From: Epiperipatus broadwayi
Taxonomy: Eukaryota; Animalia; Onychophora
Length of the DNA: 64,000 nt
Reading direction: 5' to 3'
Assembly: GCA_028023455.1 (NCBI GenBank)
Contig: JAQFVV010000007.1
Location: 6,634,001-6,698,000, forward strand
The position numbers and the translations under genes were made by a program. This document shows positions 39,300-52,040 of this stretch, in pieces; the first letter of the stretch is position 1, and each line of letters begins with the position of its first letter. The notes under the pieces are model-generated. The model had not been told where the DNA came from. It made no database searches and saw nothing but the letters and a program-made list of their open reading frames with translations.

Positions 39300-39980
39300 A
39301 CTGGCCCATGTATGTAGAGTCCCCCTCTATTTTAGCCCATTAATTTTTTCAATAGTGTCAATGATACCATTTGATCCTCTTTTCATATTTTGCTTTGTCT
39401 CCTAAAAGGTCTGTAATATTATTTTATTAAATGTACAAGTCTCAAACTCTGGTAAAACACATTTATTAAAATTTATTCTTTTTAAATACATATATCTTCC
39501 TTTAATAAGAAATTATTTCTAATATAAGAACTCTACACAAGTTTAATTCTATTAATTTTATCAACGATGTTTCTTAGTTGGATTTACAATCTGAACATGG
39601 TATTTGTAGTTACTGATTTCTAATTATTATTATATCTATTTTCTCCTTTTCTGCAAAATCATCATGATTACATAAGTTTCTTTCAACATCTATCTTTAGT
39701 TATACTTTCTTGCTTTAATATGATGGCTCTAATAACTTTTCCTAAAGCTCTGGAGTAACATTTGTCAAAGCATCTGCAAAATTTCAGAGGATCTTCATTT
39801 ACTTTTATTTCTATTTTAATCAGCAAAATGATTTCTGTAAAACTGCTGAAACATTTTGGAGAAATCATCTTCACTCTTATCAATGTTAACATTTTTAGTT
39901 TCACTTTGTAAAATAATCACTGCTGTTGCATATTGAATTCTTCAGAATTTGATATCTTGTGCTAATGTCTTGATGAATGT
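39300..39980 (-). mobile_element. Decayed RTE reverse transcriptase fragment
   Basis: Minus frames resemble G.RQGD.ISPK.F and F.KC.LP motifs with many disablements. Confidence 0.55.
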
Positions 39981-40278
39981 TTGTAGAATCAAATGACTAT
40001 TTGTAATATACAAATTTAAAACAAAATGACATTTCATACTCATTGTTTTTTTATAACCTTTCTTAACACTTGAATGCAATCTTAGTGCAACAACCATTTA
40101 AAAATCTATTCTATTATTTTGGTTAGCTTGAATCCAAAGTACTTCGTAATTAAACTGTAAAGATAATATAATTTTTAATATATTATCATCTTTAATATCA
40201 CTATCATTCCTATATCTGTTTAATCATTTAGTACATCGTTCTCACTTAAAAATATGGTATTCAGACAATAATTCATTT

Positions 40279-40452
40279 TATCACATGATTACCATTTCAT
40301 ATCCTTACATATGCTGTTAATGAGATAACAAACTCTATGTAGTAGTGCCACCAAGTGCAAGCTTTTGTAATCGATCGATGCAGGAAGGTTTGTGCATAAA
40401 ATCCCTATCTAGTGCCTACTCAACCAACATTCCCAGACTAGTATGGAGAGTT
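40279..40452 (-). mobile_element. R1 3' fragment truncated inside the HHR, with a short inverted piece
   Basis: Homology to the R1 3' half, then CCCAGACTAG joined to GTATGGAGAGTTTG. Confidence 0.85.
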
Positions 40453-41841
40453 TGTATTCTTATAATTCATCTTATTTGTTTCTTTCAAGATATCAATAAT
40501 AATTCCATCATTTCATGGAGTTTTTTCATTTTTCATAGATTTATTTGCATGCATTGCTCTTTAAAATAAGACAATAAAATGACTATTATTTGAACATTCA
40601 CAAAAAGTTTGTATGCTAGAAGTACCAGAACTGAAATCAATCCAAGTACCATATGATCAAACTCCAAAACCATACCACTGCACCAACCCATTTTAGCATA
40701 AATTAATTGTTATTTCAAAATATGTTAGAATTGTAGGGGTTACTTTCTCTTTACTATTATAATTTTTTAGAATATTTTCACCCACTCCATGATGCTGTCT
40801 CTCATTTTAGTAATACTATCTTTTTATTTATCACTGAAACCTATTTTGTTGATATTAATGTTGATTTATAGTGTTGTTTCCTCCAAATGTTTCTTTTGCG
40901 AATTCACAGTTACATTCTTGTGTTTTGTTTCATTTTAAGAATTCCAGGTATTCAGCTCTTCAAAGATTTTTATGCCCTACATAATATAAGCAGAATAAGG
41001 GACTCTGAAGTCCAATACCTGCAGATTGGACTTCTTTCTATTACTTCCAATGCTTGAATTTCTTATGTACCCCAGAACAATTTACGATTCAAGTATTATT
41101 ATTTAGAAAGATTTTTATACTCCTTTTTATACTCATGCATAATTTTGTATAAAGTGAATGGTTGCTTAATATCAGCTACCTGTGTAAAGGTCATTAATTG
41201 ACGTCAACAATCTTTTTACAAAACTCATTTAACTTAGAGTCATTATCTGAAGCCCATTAATATTTTAAAACAATTTGAAAGTTCTAGCAGAAATCTTTTG
41301 GAATATTTCTGATACAAATAATTAATATTCTCTTTTTTAATTTCATGTTAACTCAAAGGCAATAGTCCAAGCCAGTACAGTACTAAAAGTAAAATAATTG
41401 AGTGACTTTGCTGCTCGGGACATAAGGATATCAAACACTATAGTATCATAACAGTAATTGATCTGAGTACCGTATGCTCTGGAGTCCGACACTCATCCAT
41501 CCCCTAAACCACACAGCTGCAATGTGCTTAATAGATTCAATCATTGATAAGTTTCATATCATACTAACCTATGATTACTTCCTATGAAGAGTCTACTAAG
41601 TCCATTACAGTCTTGAAATACACATTTCTATTATGGAAAACAGATAATAACTCTTTTGAACCTTCATATGAATGCTTCTATTTCCTTTATTATCTTAGAC
41701 TTTCCTTCATCATCAACAACAATATTAATCATTCAGTTTATGACTGATGTCAGATCAGTACTTAGTTTACATTCATAAAAATGCTTTCATAAAAATAGTC
41801 TGAGTTATTAATTCACTTTTTATTCTCTCTCTCTCTCTCTT

Positions 41842-41893
<52 letters not shown>

Positions 41894-41967
41894 GCTGAAT
41901 AAAATAAGCTACAAAAATTAAAAATATTATCGAAAACATCTAAAGAATAAGAATAAAAACACTAAAT

Positions 41968-42514
41968 GTCACATGTTCACCATTTTTTATGTTTGCTCAT
42001 AACTGTTATTAAAACAGGCAGTGGCTCTACTGTATGGAGAGTTTTGCCTGTTTTAATAACAGTTATGAGAAAGCATAAGAAATGGTTATCATGTGATGTG
42101 TAGTGGTTTAATACCAATACTGCCTAATGGGATAGTGGTGGCTATGGTTATTAAAGAACCAAAGACACCAAAATGTATGGGTACTGAAGTGAGTTCAGAC
42201 CTATATGACTATATAATAAGCTGATGAGCTTGGATTGAAAATATTATTGTGTTTTCAATTTTAGACTCATAGTTTTATAGTTAAGTAGAGATAAAAGATC
42301 ACAGCTGGAGGGTTGCTTTAGATCCTAAGATCTAGTAACAGTGCTCTCAGATCCAAAGTTCCTCATTGATGAAAGCCACAAACTAGAAACTAGTCTGGGG
42401 ATATTGGATAAGTAGACACTAAATAGGGATTTTATGCACAAGACTTCTGGCATCCATTGATTATTCTGGCTTGCATCGAGTGGCACTATTGTATGAAGAG
42501 TTTTGCCTGTTTTA
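41968..42514 (+). mobile_element. R1 unit plus terminal redundancy (period 459 bp), preceded by an inverted piece
   Basis: GTATG(G/A)AGAGTTTTGCCTGTTTT at 42032 and 42491. 41970-42020 is the reverse complement of 42046-42095. The HHR at 42361-42400 has TTGATGA (C3>T). Confidence 0.92.
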
Positions 42515-42876
42515 AGAATAAGAATACTGAGAAAAATCCTATAAGTTTTACTAACATTATTTATGAGAGACTTTTTTTTAAAGATCAATTCTGAATTGTT
42601 AAGTTTCTCTATTCTTAAATTATATTTAAATAATTTTTTCATTTTATAAATGTTAAACAAACTTTTTGAAGTTGAATAAAGAACATAGTTATTTGGAAGC
42701 TTACAGCAACTAAAATGCAAAAGCAGGAACACATTTTTGTATAATGGGTTAATTAAAAACAATGGTCTATCAATAGTATGCAAAAATAGTTGTGATATAA
42801 TGTGATGCACTGTGACTTCTTATACAGAATCAGGAATCTCTCAGCAACTATGCCCAGAAAAACCTGTTAGGCACAA

Positions 42877-43437
42877 TTCTCTCCATACAGTAGTGCCACC
42901 TAGTGCAAGCCACAATAGTCAATGAATGCTAACTTTGTGCATCCAAATCCCTATTCTACTCCCCCAATATCTATAGGCTAGTTTCAAGCTGTGATTTTCA
43001 TCAGTAAGAAGCATTGGATCTGAGAGCACCACCTAGACTTTTGGATCAAATGCATCTCTCTAGCAGCCATCTTTTATCTTTTTAGCTAACTATAAAGCCA
43101 TGAAATCAATATGAAAACACAATAATGATCCCAATTCAAGCTAATTGACTTTATGCCTATACATTTTGGTCTCTTTGGTTTACAGTTAATTAAAAAGGTA
43201 AAAAAAATGACTTAGGTGCCATGTTCAGATTCAAGGTTTTTCATTGATGAAAGCCATAAGCTAAAAAACAACCCAGGGATATTAGATCAAGATAGAAAAT
43301 TTAAAGCTCAAATCTTACCATCCATTGATTACTATGGCTTGCATTAGGTGGCACTACTATATGGAAAGAGTTATTACTGCTTTAACAAATTGTGTAAACA
43401 TAAGAAATAGGAATCATACAATGCTTTAGTGGTTTTA
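42877..43437. mobile_element. Inverted pair of R1 copies (42877-43170 -, 43212-43437 +)
   Basis: Both are homologous to R1. The minus copy has CTGATGA...GCTT GAAA CTAGCC and the plus copy is degenerate. Confidence 0.85.
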
Positions 43438-43924
43438 AAAAAGTATACAATAATATGCATATAAATGCTATATATAAAATTTATTAAAATATATATAAAC
43501 TTTAAAATTTAGACACAAATAATGGAAAAAAATTAATCTATATCCAAATCATTTCATTCATGTGTGCTGTCAAATATAAATAAAGTATAAGAAGAGGGGA
43601 TTTTTTCTCTTAAATTTATACATTTAATCTATCTAAACAACAAACAAACAAATGCTAGTATTACTATCTACTAATTAAAATAAAGTAGCATAAAAATAAT
43701 TATTTAATTTGGTAAAGGAGCCCAATTTAACATGGTTGATTTGATCACAAGAAAAAGTTTTTAAAATACAAAATACTTAATTTTTTTTGTTTTATCATTT
43801 TAAACAAAGGATTTACATTATTTATCTACAAAATTCAGTAAATTCTAAAATAGCTTATAATGACTATTGAAACTTTTATTTGTACAAGAAAGAACATAAT
43901 GTCACATGATAATCTCCAATTCTG

Positions 43925-44345
43925 AGATGAGATGCACTGTGACATCTCGTTTTTTGGGGTCAGGATGTCTCAGCTACCATGCCCAGAGAAACCTGTTAGT
44001 CACTTTACCTTTCCTTTCCATTCCCTGCCCTAAGTTTTTCACATATTCTTCTCCATCCTGTTTTATCCCATTTCCACATCATAATATTTGTCAACTCCAT
44101 GGCCTTTATATCTAAATCCCCCATATCATTTTCCAAACCCAGCATAAAAAACCAAGAAACCACTTTCTATATAATCACTTTGTTTATATTTATTCTCCCA
44201 CAACTTCATTGTTTGTGCCTTTTCTACTTGCAGGCATTTATATTCAATTAACAGATGCCTAATATTTTCTATGCCTTCCTTACACAACTTGTAAACTAAA
44301 TCGCCCACATTTTGTCATTTATGTGCATATTCCCTTCTATTTAAT
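43925..44345 (-). mobile_element. Second copy of the CCHC-tailed LINE 3' end
   Basis: ORF 44126-44308 MGDLVYKLCKEGIENIRHLL is nearly identical to the 12100 ORF, with the same 3' UTR and tail. Confidence 0.9.
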
Positions 44346-45884
44346 TATTTGAACAGCTCTCTAGGTGTTAAGTTCACTAACTTTTTACAGTAGAAAAATG
44401 ACCATTTTCTACATTTAGATCTTTTTATATAAAGTTACCAAGAACAATTAAATATAAAAGTTTGATGCATATGTGGTGGAGATATACGAGATAGATTCTT
44501 TGAAAAGGAATTTATTTTTTCTCTTTAAATAATAAAAAATTAGATTTCTTTACATGATAAGAATGATAAACATCCTAAATTTCAGTAAAAAAAACAACAA
44601 CTGAGCTATTTGAAAACTCTGTGCAGGGACCTTAGTACATTTTTTTTAATAACGTGACTTTTATCAAAAATTCTCTCCTTTTGAAACTATCCATAAACCC
44701 ATCTCCTTTCCCACTACTACTCATTTTCTATAGTCACGCTTCTAGCAATGTCCTATTACTTTTCTTATGTTCTATTTTAATAAAAACTGTTTTGTTTATT
44801 TCAATAATCTACTGGCATATTCTCTACTCCTGCCATAAACATCTAAATAAAATAAAAACTTTTATTTCTTTAATTTCCCTCATATTTATATTTCTCACAT
44901 TCTCTACGTAATTTACTTTGACCTTCTTTATTTTAAATATTCAGTATACTCCACTCACTTTCACACAAACTACTTTGCATTGACATTTCATGATTTGCTT
45001 CAGACTTATACTTTGCTATACAGACTGGAGAGAGAGCGTTATCATTTATGGGTCAGAGAAGTTGGTATAGCGGTAAGAAATTTCTAGCAGCTCTAATATT
45101 TGTACAATCATGAGAGACTATATGGAGATATAGTCACCTTTGACTTTAATAGTAACGAAACTGAACATTAAAGATATTCTATTCATGAAAGTATCGAATT
45201 CTGACAATATTATTTACAAATAGTCTCAATTTTCACATAAGAGCTGCTGCCCTCTAACGTCAATCAGGAATAGATTTCCTTCATTGGGGTAACAATTTGA
45301 CTGCAGTTTATTAACAATTCTTTACATTGTGAATAATATATTTATACTACACAAACTTTTAATATATTCTTTTGGTATGTATATTCAGAGAATGTATGCA
45401 CTTTCATATGCAAGCAAACAAATGTAATATATATGTAAACACATATTATGATGGTCAGATAATTTTTATTTACTTATAAATATAAATTAATATATATTCC
45501 ATCTGAATGCCAGTTATTTAGTGCTTGACTGCCTGGTGAAAATCGTCCGCCTAATTGTATGGAATGAGTCATAATTTAAGAACTAAATTATAATTAGCCC
45601 CACCCATCTTACAACATTTGAAATGGCAATGAGATTTTAATCAAATTAAAAATCTATTAATAAAATAATTATGAACAATTAAGTTCTGATTAATTTCTTC
45701 TTTACCCCCCCCCCCCACCCAACTACGTAACTGTTGATACTATTTAATTTTTTTTTCCAGTTTTTAAAAAAAAATATATTTCTCGTTATTCTTTCACATT
45801 TTAATTATTAAGCGCATTAAACATTACAATTAATTATATAACTTAATACAATCTGCAGGCTTACACACACCAGCACATGTAACG

Positions 45885-46200
45885 TATAAGGAATTTGAAC
45901 TCAGACTTCCACACAACCCTCAACTCTCCATGTCATCTCATATTGCTGATCCACCTGATTATACACATGTTGAAAAGACAATCATCAATAAAAGTATTTT
46001 ATGCTAAACCAGCACTCATCAGTTAGTCCAGATTACCATCTCAACACATATATACAATTAGCGCGCAGCTTTATATTAAGATAGCCAATCTTCATACTTT
46101 AATGGACAGGCTTCAAAACACTACAACCCACAACTCTTCAGTTATTCCTTTCATTGAAAATCTGATGATGGAATGCTCAAAGCCCACATTAGTGCCAAGG
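45885..46200 (-). mobile_element. R2 copy with degenerate HHR2 (45990-46030)
   Basis: Minus strand CTGATGA GTGCT GGTTT AGCAT AAAA. Flanks are homologous to 59580-59780 and 59900-60085. Confidence 0.8.
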
Positions 46201-46379
46201 TTGTCATCCTACCCATGTTGACGTTAGTCAATTAAATATATATGATAGGCTTAACATGGGAGTGGAAGGGATCTAGAAAATGTCTAAAATTGCCTGTTTC
46301 ATACAGTTTGGCTAGGTTTCCATGCTGAAGGATTACTCATTAAAGGAATAAAAATAATAATACTACCAATAAATAGTGG

Positions 46380-49300
46380 TAATGCAGATTCAGTGGTGTT
46401 TTTCCCCTTCAAAATTTAAATACATTAGATTGTGCAAATTTTATTTGATTCAAACTTTTGAAGACTACAATGAAGGACACCAGAGGTGTTTGATATCACT
46501 GTTGTTAGTGAAACTCATCTTCTTATGAAAAAAAAGATTTAATGGAACAGATGAATGACCAAGTTTTTTGGAAGGAGAGATTAGTCTGTGAAAGGAAATT
46601 GCATGGTGTTGTATTTGCTAAAAAGTCCAATTAAGTATCATCTATTCTTGAAATTCCTTCTCATATTAAAAAAAGGCTATTAATGGTCTTAAAATTTTCA
46701 GTGCACAGTGTTTTTATTAATGCCTTTGCTCCAACATTACATTCATAGAATGAAAGCTTTTATTCCTTGCAAGATAATATTATTATGGGCAAAAAAAATT
46801 AAAAGATCAAGTTTATATTATAGTAGAATTTATTACTATTAAGAGACACTGATCAAAAGTTACTAGAAATAATGGTATTGGTGCTATAAATTCAAATGAT
46901 CTGTTATTACATTTTTTGACTATCCTAAACATTTTGTTTAGGCAAAAAAATCACAACAGGACATGAATCATGTTCAAAACAATGACATTTAACAAATTAC
47001 ATTACAGTTGGGAATTAAAATAAAAGAGATCATATTATGCAAACACAAATATTTTCCTGAAGGTTTGTGATAATTAGATGTAACATGTTGGACTATTTTC
47101 ATTATCTATGAGTGAATGTTGAATGTACAGAAAATTTTAAACTCTATTTAAATTTTTCAAATACAAACAACTTGTTAGTAATAACACACAAATAGATAAG
47201 ACAGGTTAGTAATTACACAATATTTTGAGTATTATTATTATCCATTCTTCTTCAGGTGTTTCTGGACTGATATGCACAGTGACAGTATTCACATAGAAGT
47301 CAAACTCACACCTTTAAATTCTTGAGTACTGAATTTAAGGCAAATGCTCTAACCAACTGAGTCTTTGACAGAATAGCTGTTGTTTAGAGCATTTGCCTTA
47401 AATACACTATTCAAGAATCTAAAGGTGCGAGTTCGGCTTCTATGTGAATATTGTCACTGTGCATATCAAACCAGCAACATTTGAAAAAGAGTGGAGAATA
47501 ATACTACTCAAAACATTGTATAATTACTAACCTGTGTTATCTATTTGTGTATTATTACTTATTTTGTATTTGACAAGTTCAACATTTTCTATACCTTCAA
47601 CATTTGCTCATAGATGATGGAAATAGTCTAACATATCTCATCTAACAAATGCTTTTTATTGGATAGATCATAGATTAGTACACTCCAAGTTTAAAATGAT
47701 AGATTTTAGATTTAAAAAATAGTTCTTATTTCAATTATATTATCAAGAAAATTTATGTTCACTCTTTAGCAATATCTATTATATATATATATTAAATTTC
47801 AACAACTATTAAAGATTGAAATTACTAATTTGGATTTTTAGGATTATTATATTAAAACAGTAGCAACTGTCTCCATACACTAGTGCCATCCAGTGCAAGC
47901 CATAGTAATCAATGGATGATACTGTTTTAATAGATTATGTAAGCATAAGAAAAGGTGTTCATGTGATGTTTTATTGATTATATTATTAAGGTATGGATTT
48001 TTAAGATTATTATATTACCAAGGTAAGGAATTTTATTAAGCAATGCATCATAGATAAGCAAATCTATTCTTGGATTCATTAAAATGAAGAACCATGATTG
48101 ATTTTCTGACAACTGAGTTATTATAAGTGATTTGATTAAAAAAATATGTGGCCCTGTCTGTGGACCTTCATAATGGTGAAAAGAATTAAAAACTGGTTGG
48201 TGGATTAAAACTGCAAAGGAGGTACAGATATTCACTATATCTTTTTCTGCTCTGAAATTAACATTCGGGTATGACAAATAGTATCATAATCCTATTAAAT
48301 CTAGCAAAGATACTTTCTTATATGATATCAATGATGAGAAAAGAGTATTTTGCATATTTGATTTATGAAACAAGGGTTGAAGTGACAACTTTTAATATGT
48401 CCATTTATCAACTCTTTTAGATTTGGAACAAAGATATTCAATTAGTGAAATCAAGACCACCCTTTGTAACCTTCAAAATGGAAGATTGCAAATCTTGATA
48501 AAATAATGCTTTATTGTCCCAAGTTTTTTAATAATGGAATAGATAAGATAGTAGTAATTAGCATGGAATAGCATTATTATCTACTACAGTAAAGATGCTT
48601 TTGAACAGATTGCTTTCATCCATAGAAGAATGGTTACCAAGACTAGTTTTAGTGAACTAAGTACCTTATATATGATTTGTCATCATGCAAATGTAGTAAA
48701 AGTGTCAGAAATAAAAGAGTAATTTATATATTACATTTATTGATTTGATCAAGGCATTTGATTCAGTTAATCAAACAGATTTATTCTATTGTCTGAAATC
48801 AAATTTTTATCCATCAATGTTTATTCTTATTATACAGCTTCTATTTTATGGAATGAGGGAATATGTTATTACAATAGGTAAAATATCAGGCATTTGAAAA
48901 GAAAACTAGTATTAAACATTTGCTCCAACATTGCTCTTGATTGTTATAACAGAAAAGTGGACTTTTATATAGAGGTGAAGCACAGATTGCAATGTGCTGC
49001 TATTGTTTTTAACATGTTTAAAATTGGAATATTTCATCGCAGATAAATAATTAGTGCAATTATATTTACAACTATTGTTTTACTTAATTTACTGTATGGA
49101 TGTGAAACTTGGACATCCTATCAATGCAAAACAAAAGCATTAAAAAACATTTAAGATGCTCCAAAAAAAAATTAAAAGTACAATAGCAAAATCATAAATC
49201 AGTCAATACATTTTTCAGCTTGTTAGATATGATTTTATAGAATCCATTATTAAAGTGGATTTGAATTCAGACTTTCAAACTCCCTACAATAATCCACACA

Positions 49301-49720
49301 CATGACTACATACATGTGTGGATAGGGTGTATGACTGCAGTGAGCTTGAAAGTTTGGATTCAAATGCTTGTATTTCAAAAATCTGTTATTGTAAAATCAC
49401 ATCTTCATTTGATTCCATGAGTAAAATGAATGAATAATATAAGACATTCTAAAAGAATGTTTTTCAATGAAAGCTTGAATATAGCTTTTATAAAAGAGTT
49501 AGAATCTATTAACATTATAAAAATGATTTCAAAGACATTCTAAAGAAGGAATACAGTGATCATTGTTTCTTTGTGAATATATGGCAGTGAATAGAATACA
49601 TTGAAGAGCTGACAAAGAGAAGTTTCCTGCAGAGCAAATTAAAAGATAGCATCATGAAAATTCAAGTTAGCACAAAAATAGATTATAATGTTTTATATAT
49701 GGAATAATGTTCCACAGATT
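46380..49720 (+). mobile_element. Long decayed RTE LINE (AP endonuclease, RT, C-terminus) with nested insertions
   Basis: VSETHL, HGVVFAK, INAFAPT (APE), then WWIKTAKEVQ, FIDLIKAFDSVN, LLYGCETWTSY (RT and downstream). Interrupted by the SINE palindrome, an R1 fragment and an R2 foldback (49251-49367). Confidence 0.85.
47074..47645. mobile_element. ~570 bp palindrome made of two divergently oriented tRNA-derived SINE copies
   Basis: 47074-47355 is the reverse complement of 47380-47645. A-box TCAGTTGGTTAGAGC and B-box GGTGCGAGTTCGG face outward from the centre. Confidence 0.85.
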
Positions 49721-50269
49721 GGTTTCATATCTCTAGAATACTTTTTTTATTTTATTTTATTTTTCTGTTTAGAGTTGAAATGGTGATATTCATTTGTGAT
49801 TGGGTCTTGATAGTTTTACAAATAGTGATTATTTTTACATAAAAACATTGGCAAAAAATTGTAATGAACAAATCATAGAATGAAAGTTTTCAGTTGATTG
49901 CATATTAATTGAATGTAACTTAAAATATCTTCATTTTTGATGTTATATGTGTATGAGAATTAAATCATCAGTTCAAAGTCAAGTAGAGAGACCCTAAAAT
50001 ACTATAAGTAGGCACAACACTTCATTATTGTTGCCAGAACTCTACTCTTACTTGGAACATTAACATAACTTACACTAGCATCTCAATTCTAGAATTAAGT
50101 CATAAATATTAATGAGCTTTTAAAACTAGTCTCATATAAAATAAACTCAATAAATCATGATGATATTAAAGAATAATGCATGATGTATTCAGTCTCATCA
50201 CAAGAGATGAACTAACCTGAAGAAATGATGAGAATCATCATAAATTTATAGGATCTGAGACTATAGATC

Positions 50270-50270
50270 C

Positions 50271-50333
<63 letters not shown>

Positions 50334-50400
50334 TGATGATGATGACAAGACAATAACAACAGTAACAGCAGCAGCAACAGCAATAATAGTAATAATAATA
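50270..50400. repeat. (AAT)n-based compound microsatellite; counterpart at 51360-51505
   Basis: Direct observation. Confidence 0.97.
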
Positions 50401-50404
50401 ACTA

Positions 50405-51345
50405 TTATTATTCAATTTATTTACCGTACAAAACTACAGCATTAAGCCAATTACAGAATTGTACCATAACAATTATACAATAATATACATAAATGAGTAT
50501 AAATGACAAATTATTAATATGATTATATGCCATATTTCTTTATAAGATAAGTAACAAATTTTTTTAAGTCTAAAGTAAAAATATTTTCATTAGTAAAATC
50601 ATGATTAAAGATATTAGGCAAACGAAACAAAGGTGAAAATTTTAATATGTTAGAGCGACAAACCTTAATATAAAATAAAGGAAATGTACACGTTTTATGT
50701 ACCCAATTATTAAAAGTAATATTTGAAATTTTGTTAGTTAATATAATTTTCTAATTGACAAGGTTATATAAAATTTTAAGATCTCTCATTTTTCTTCTAA
50801 CGTATATGGATAGATAATGGTCATTTAAATTTAACTTAACATACTTGGAAAATTTATCATAAACCAATTGAATTTTAATAATATCTCATTTGGAACTGGG
50901 ATTTTAAACAACAGATCCATATTCTAAAATAGGCAAAACCAAAGAGAGAAATAATTTATATTTTGTATAACTAGTAAATTATCTACCATGCCCCAAAATT
51001 GCACCCATAATTTTAAAAGCCTTATTTGCTACATTTTCAATATGATGATGAAATGATCCATTGCTTGCAAAAATAATACCAAGATCTTTCTGAATATCAA
51101 CAAATTTTATATTATGATCTTCAGTATAATAAGGACAAATTATCATTTCAGATTTTTGGGAATAAGAAACCGTTGAACATTTATCCATATTAATATCCAT
51201 TTTATTATCTCTACACCATTTCACAAAATTATTACTTTCTTTTTGTAATAGTATGCAATCATTAATTGAGTTGATATTCCTAAAAATTTTACAATCATCT
51301 GCATAGCATAAAATATGTGAAAATTTCAAACTCTCTCCCAAGTAT
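50405..51345 (-). mobile_element. 5'-truncated CR1/L2-like LINE
   Basis: ORF 50979-51341 has ILCYADDCKIFR and KDLGIIF, with LPILEYGSVV downstream. The 3' end reads CTGTAATTGGC...AATAAATTGAATAATAAT. Confidence 0.9.
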
Positions 51346-51359
51346 CAATATAAATGTTA

Positions 51360-51466
<107 letters not shown>

Positions 51467-51829
51467 CAACAACAATAACAGTAATAATAATAAATAATAA
51501 TAATGCAGTATATACAATTAGAATTTAGTAGGCAGATGAGTCAAACATATAGCTAATTTGGTTCAAGACTATTTTGCTTTTCATCAGATGTCTTATAAAA
51601 TTAAAGTGAACTAAACAAAAATGAATACCATGCACGAATTGGATTAATAGTCAATTCAAAACTCCTAAAGCATTAGTTACTTCACACATAACTGCTGGTT
51701 ATAGTTGCAGATTATTTTGCAATTACCTGCTATAATTACTTATATATAAGAAAGACAAATGCATTTTTTAATTAATAGAGACAATAGTCAAATTATAGGC
51801 TAATTTCAATTAAGATCAACAACTCTCCT

Positions 51830-52040
51830 ATCTATCCATCTGTCTGACTTTCCATCCATCCATTTATCTATCTATATACCTATTTAGTCTATCTTTTCAG
51901 TTATCTATTTACATACTTTATTGCTGTCATCAACATCTATATAATATAAATCCATCTATTTCTCTATCCATTTATCTATTGTCTATTTATCTATCTATTT
52001 GTTTATCTATTTGACTGTTTACCTATCTGTCTATACTTGA
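51830..52040. repeat. Degenerate (TCTA)n tract
   Basis: Repeated TCTA/TCCA units. Confidence 0.85.

Noticed and set aside
42218-42262. Possible second hammerhead within R1 (CTGATGA at 42221, GAAA at 42237)
   Set aside because: No pairing stem II or stem I, and other R1 copies have CTAATGA or CAAATGA here.
8166-42810. ORFs overlapping R1 (8166, 18264, 37124, 37467, 40345, 42325) that share peptide words
   Set aside because: The similarity reflects the repeat. They lie on different strands and frames and are not conserved as ORFs among copies.
46160-46190. Opposite-polarity CTGATGA in R2 (also CTGGTGA at 59731), which would make R2 an ambisense, viroid-like RNA
   Set aside because: Both copies have CAAAG where GAAA is needed and stems II and III do not form convincingly. 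Worth rechecking only against a genome-wide consensus.
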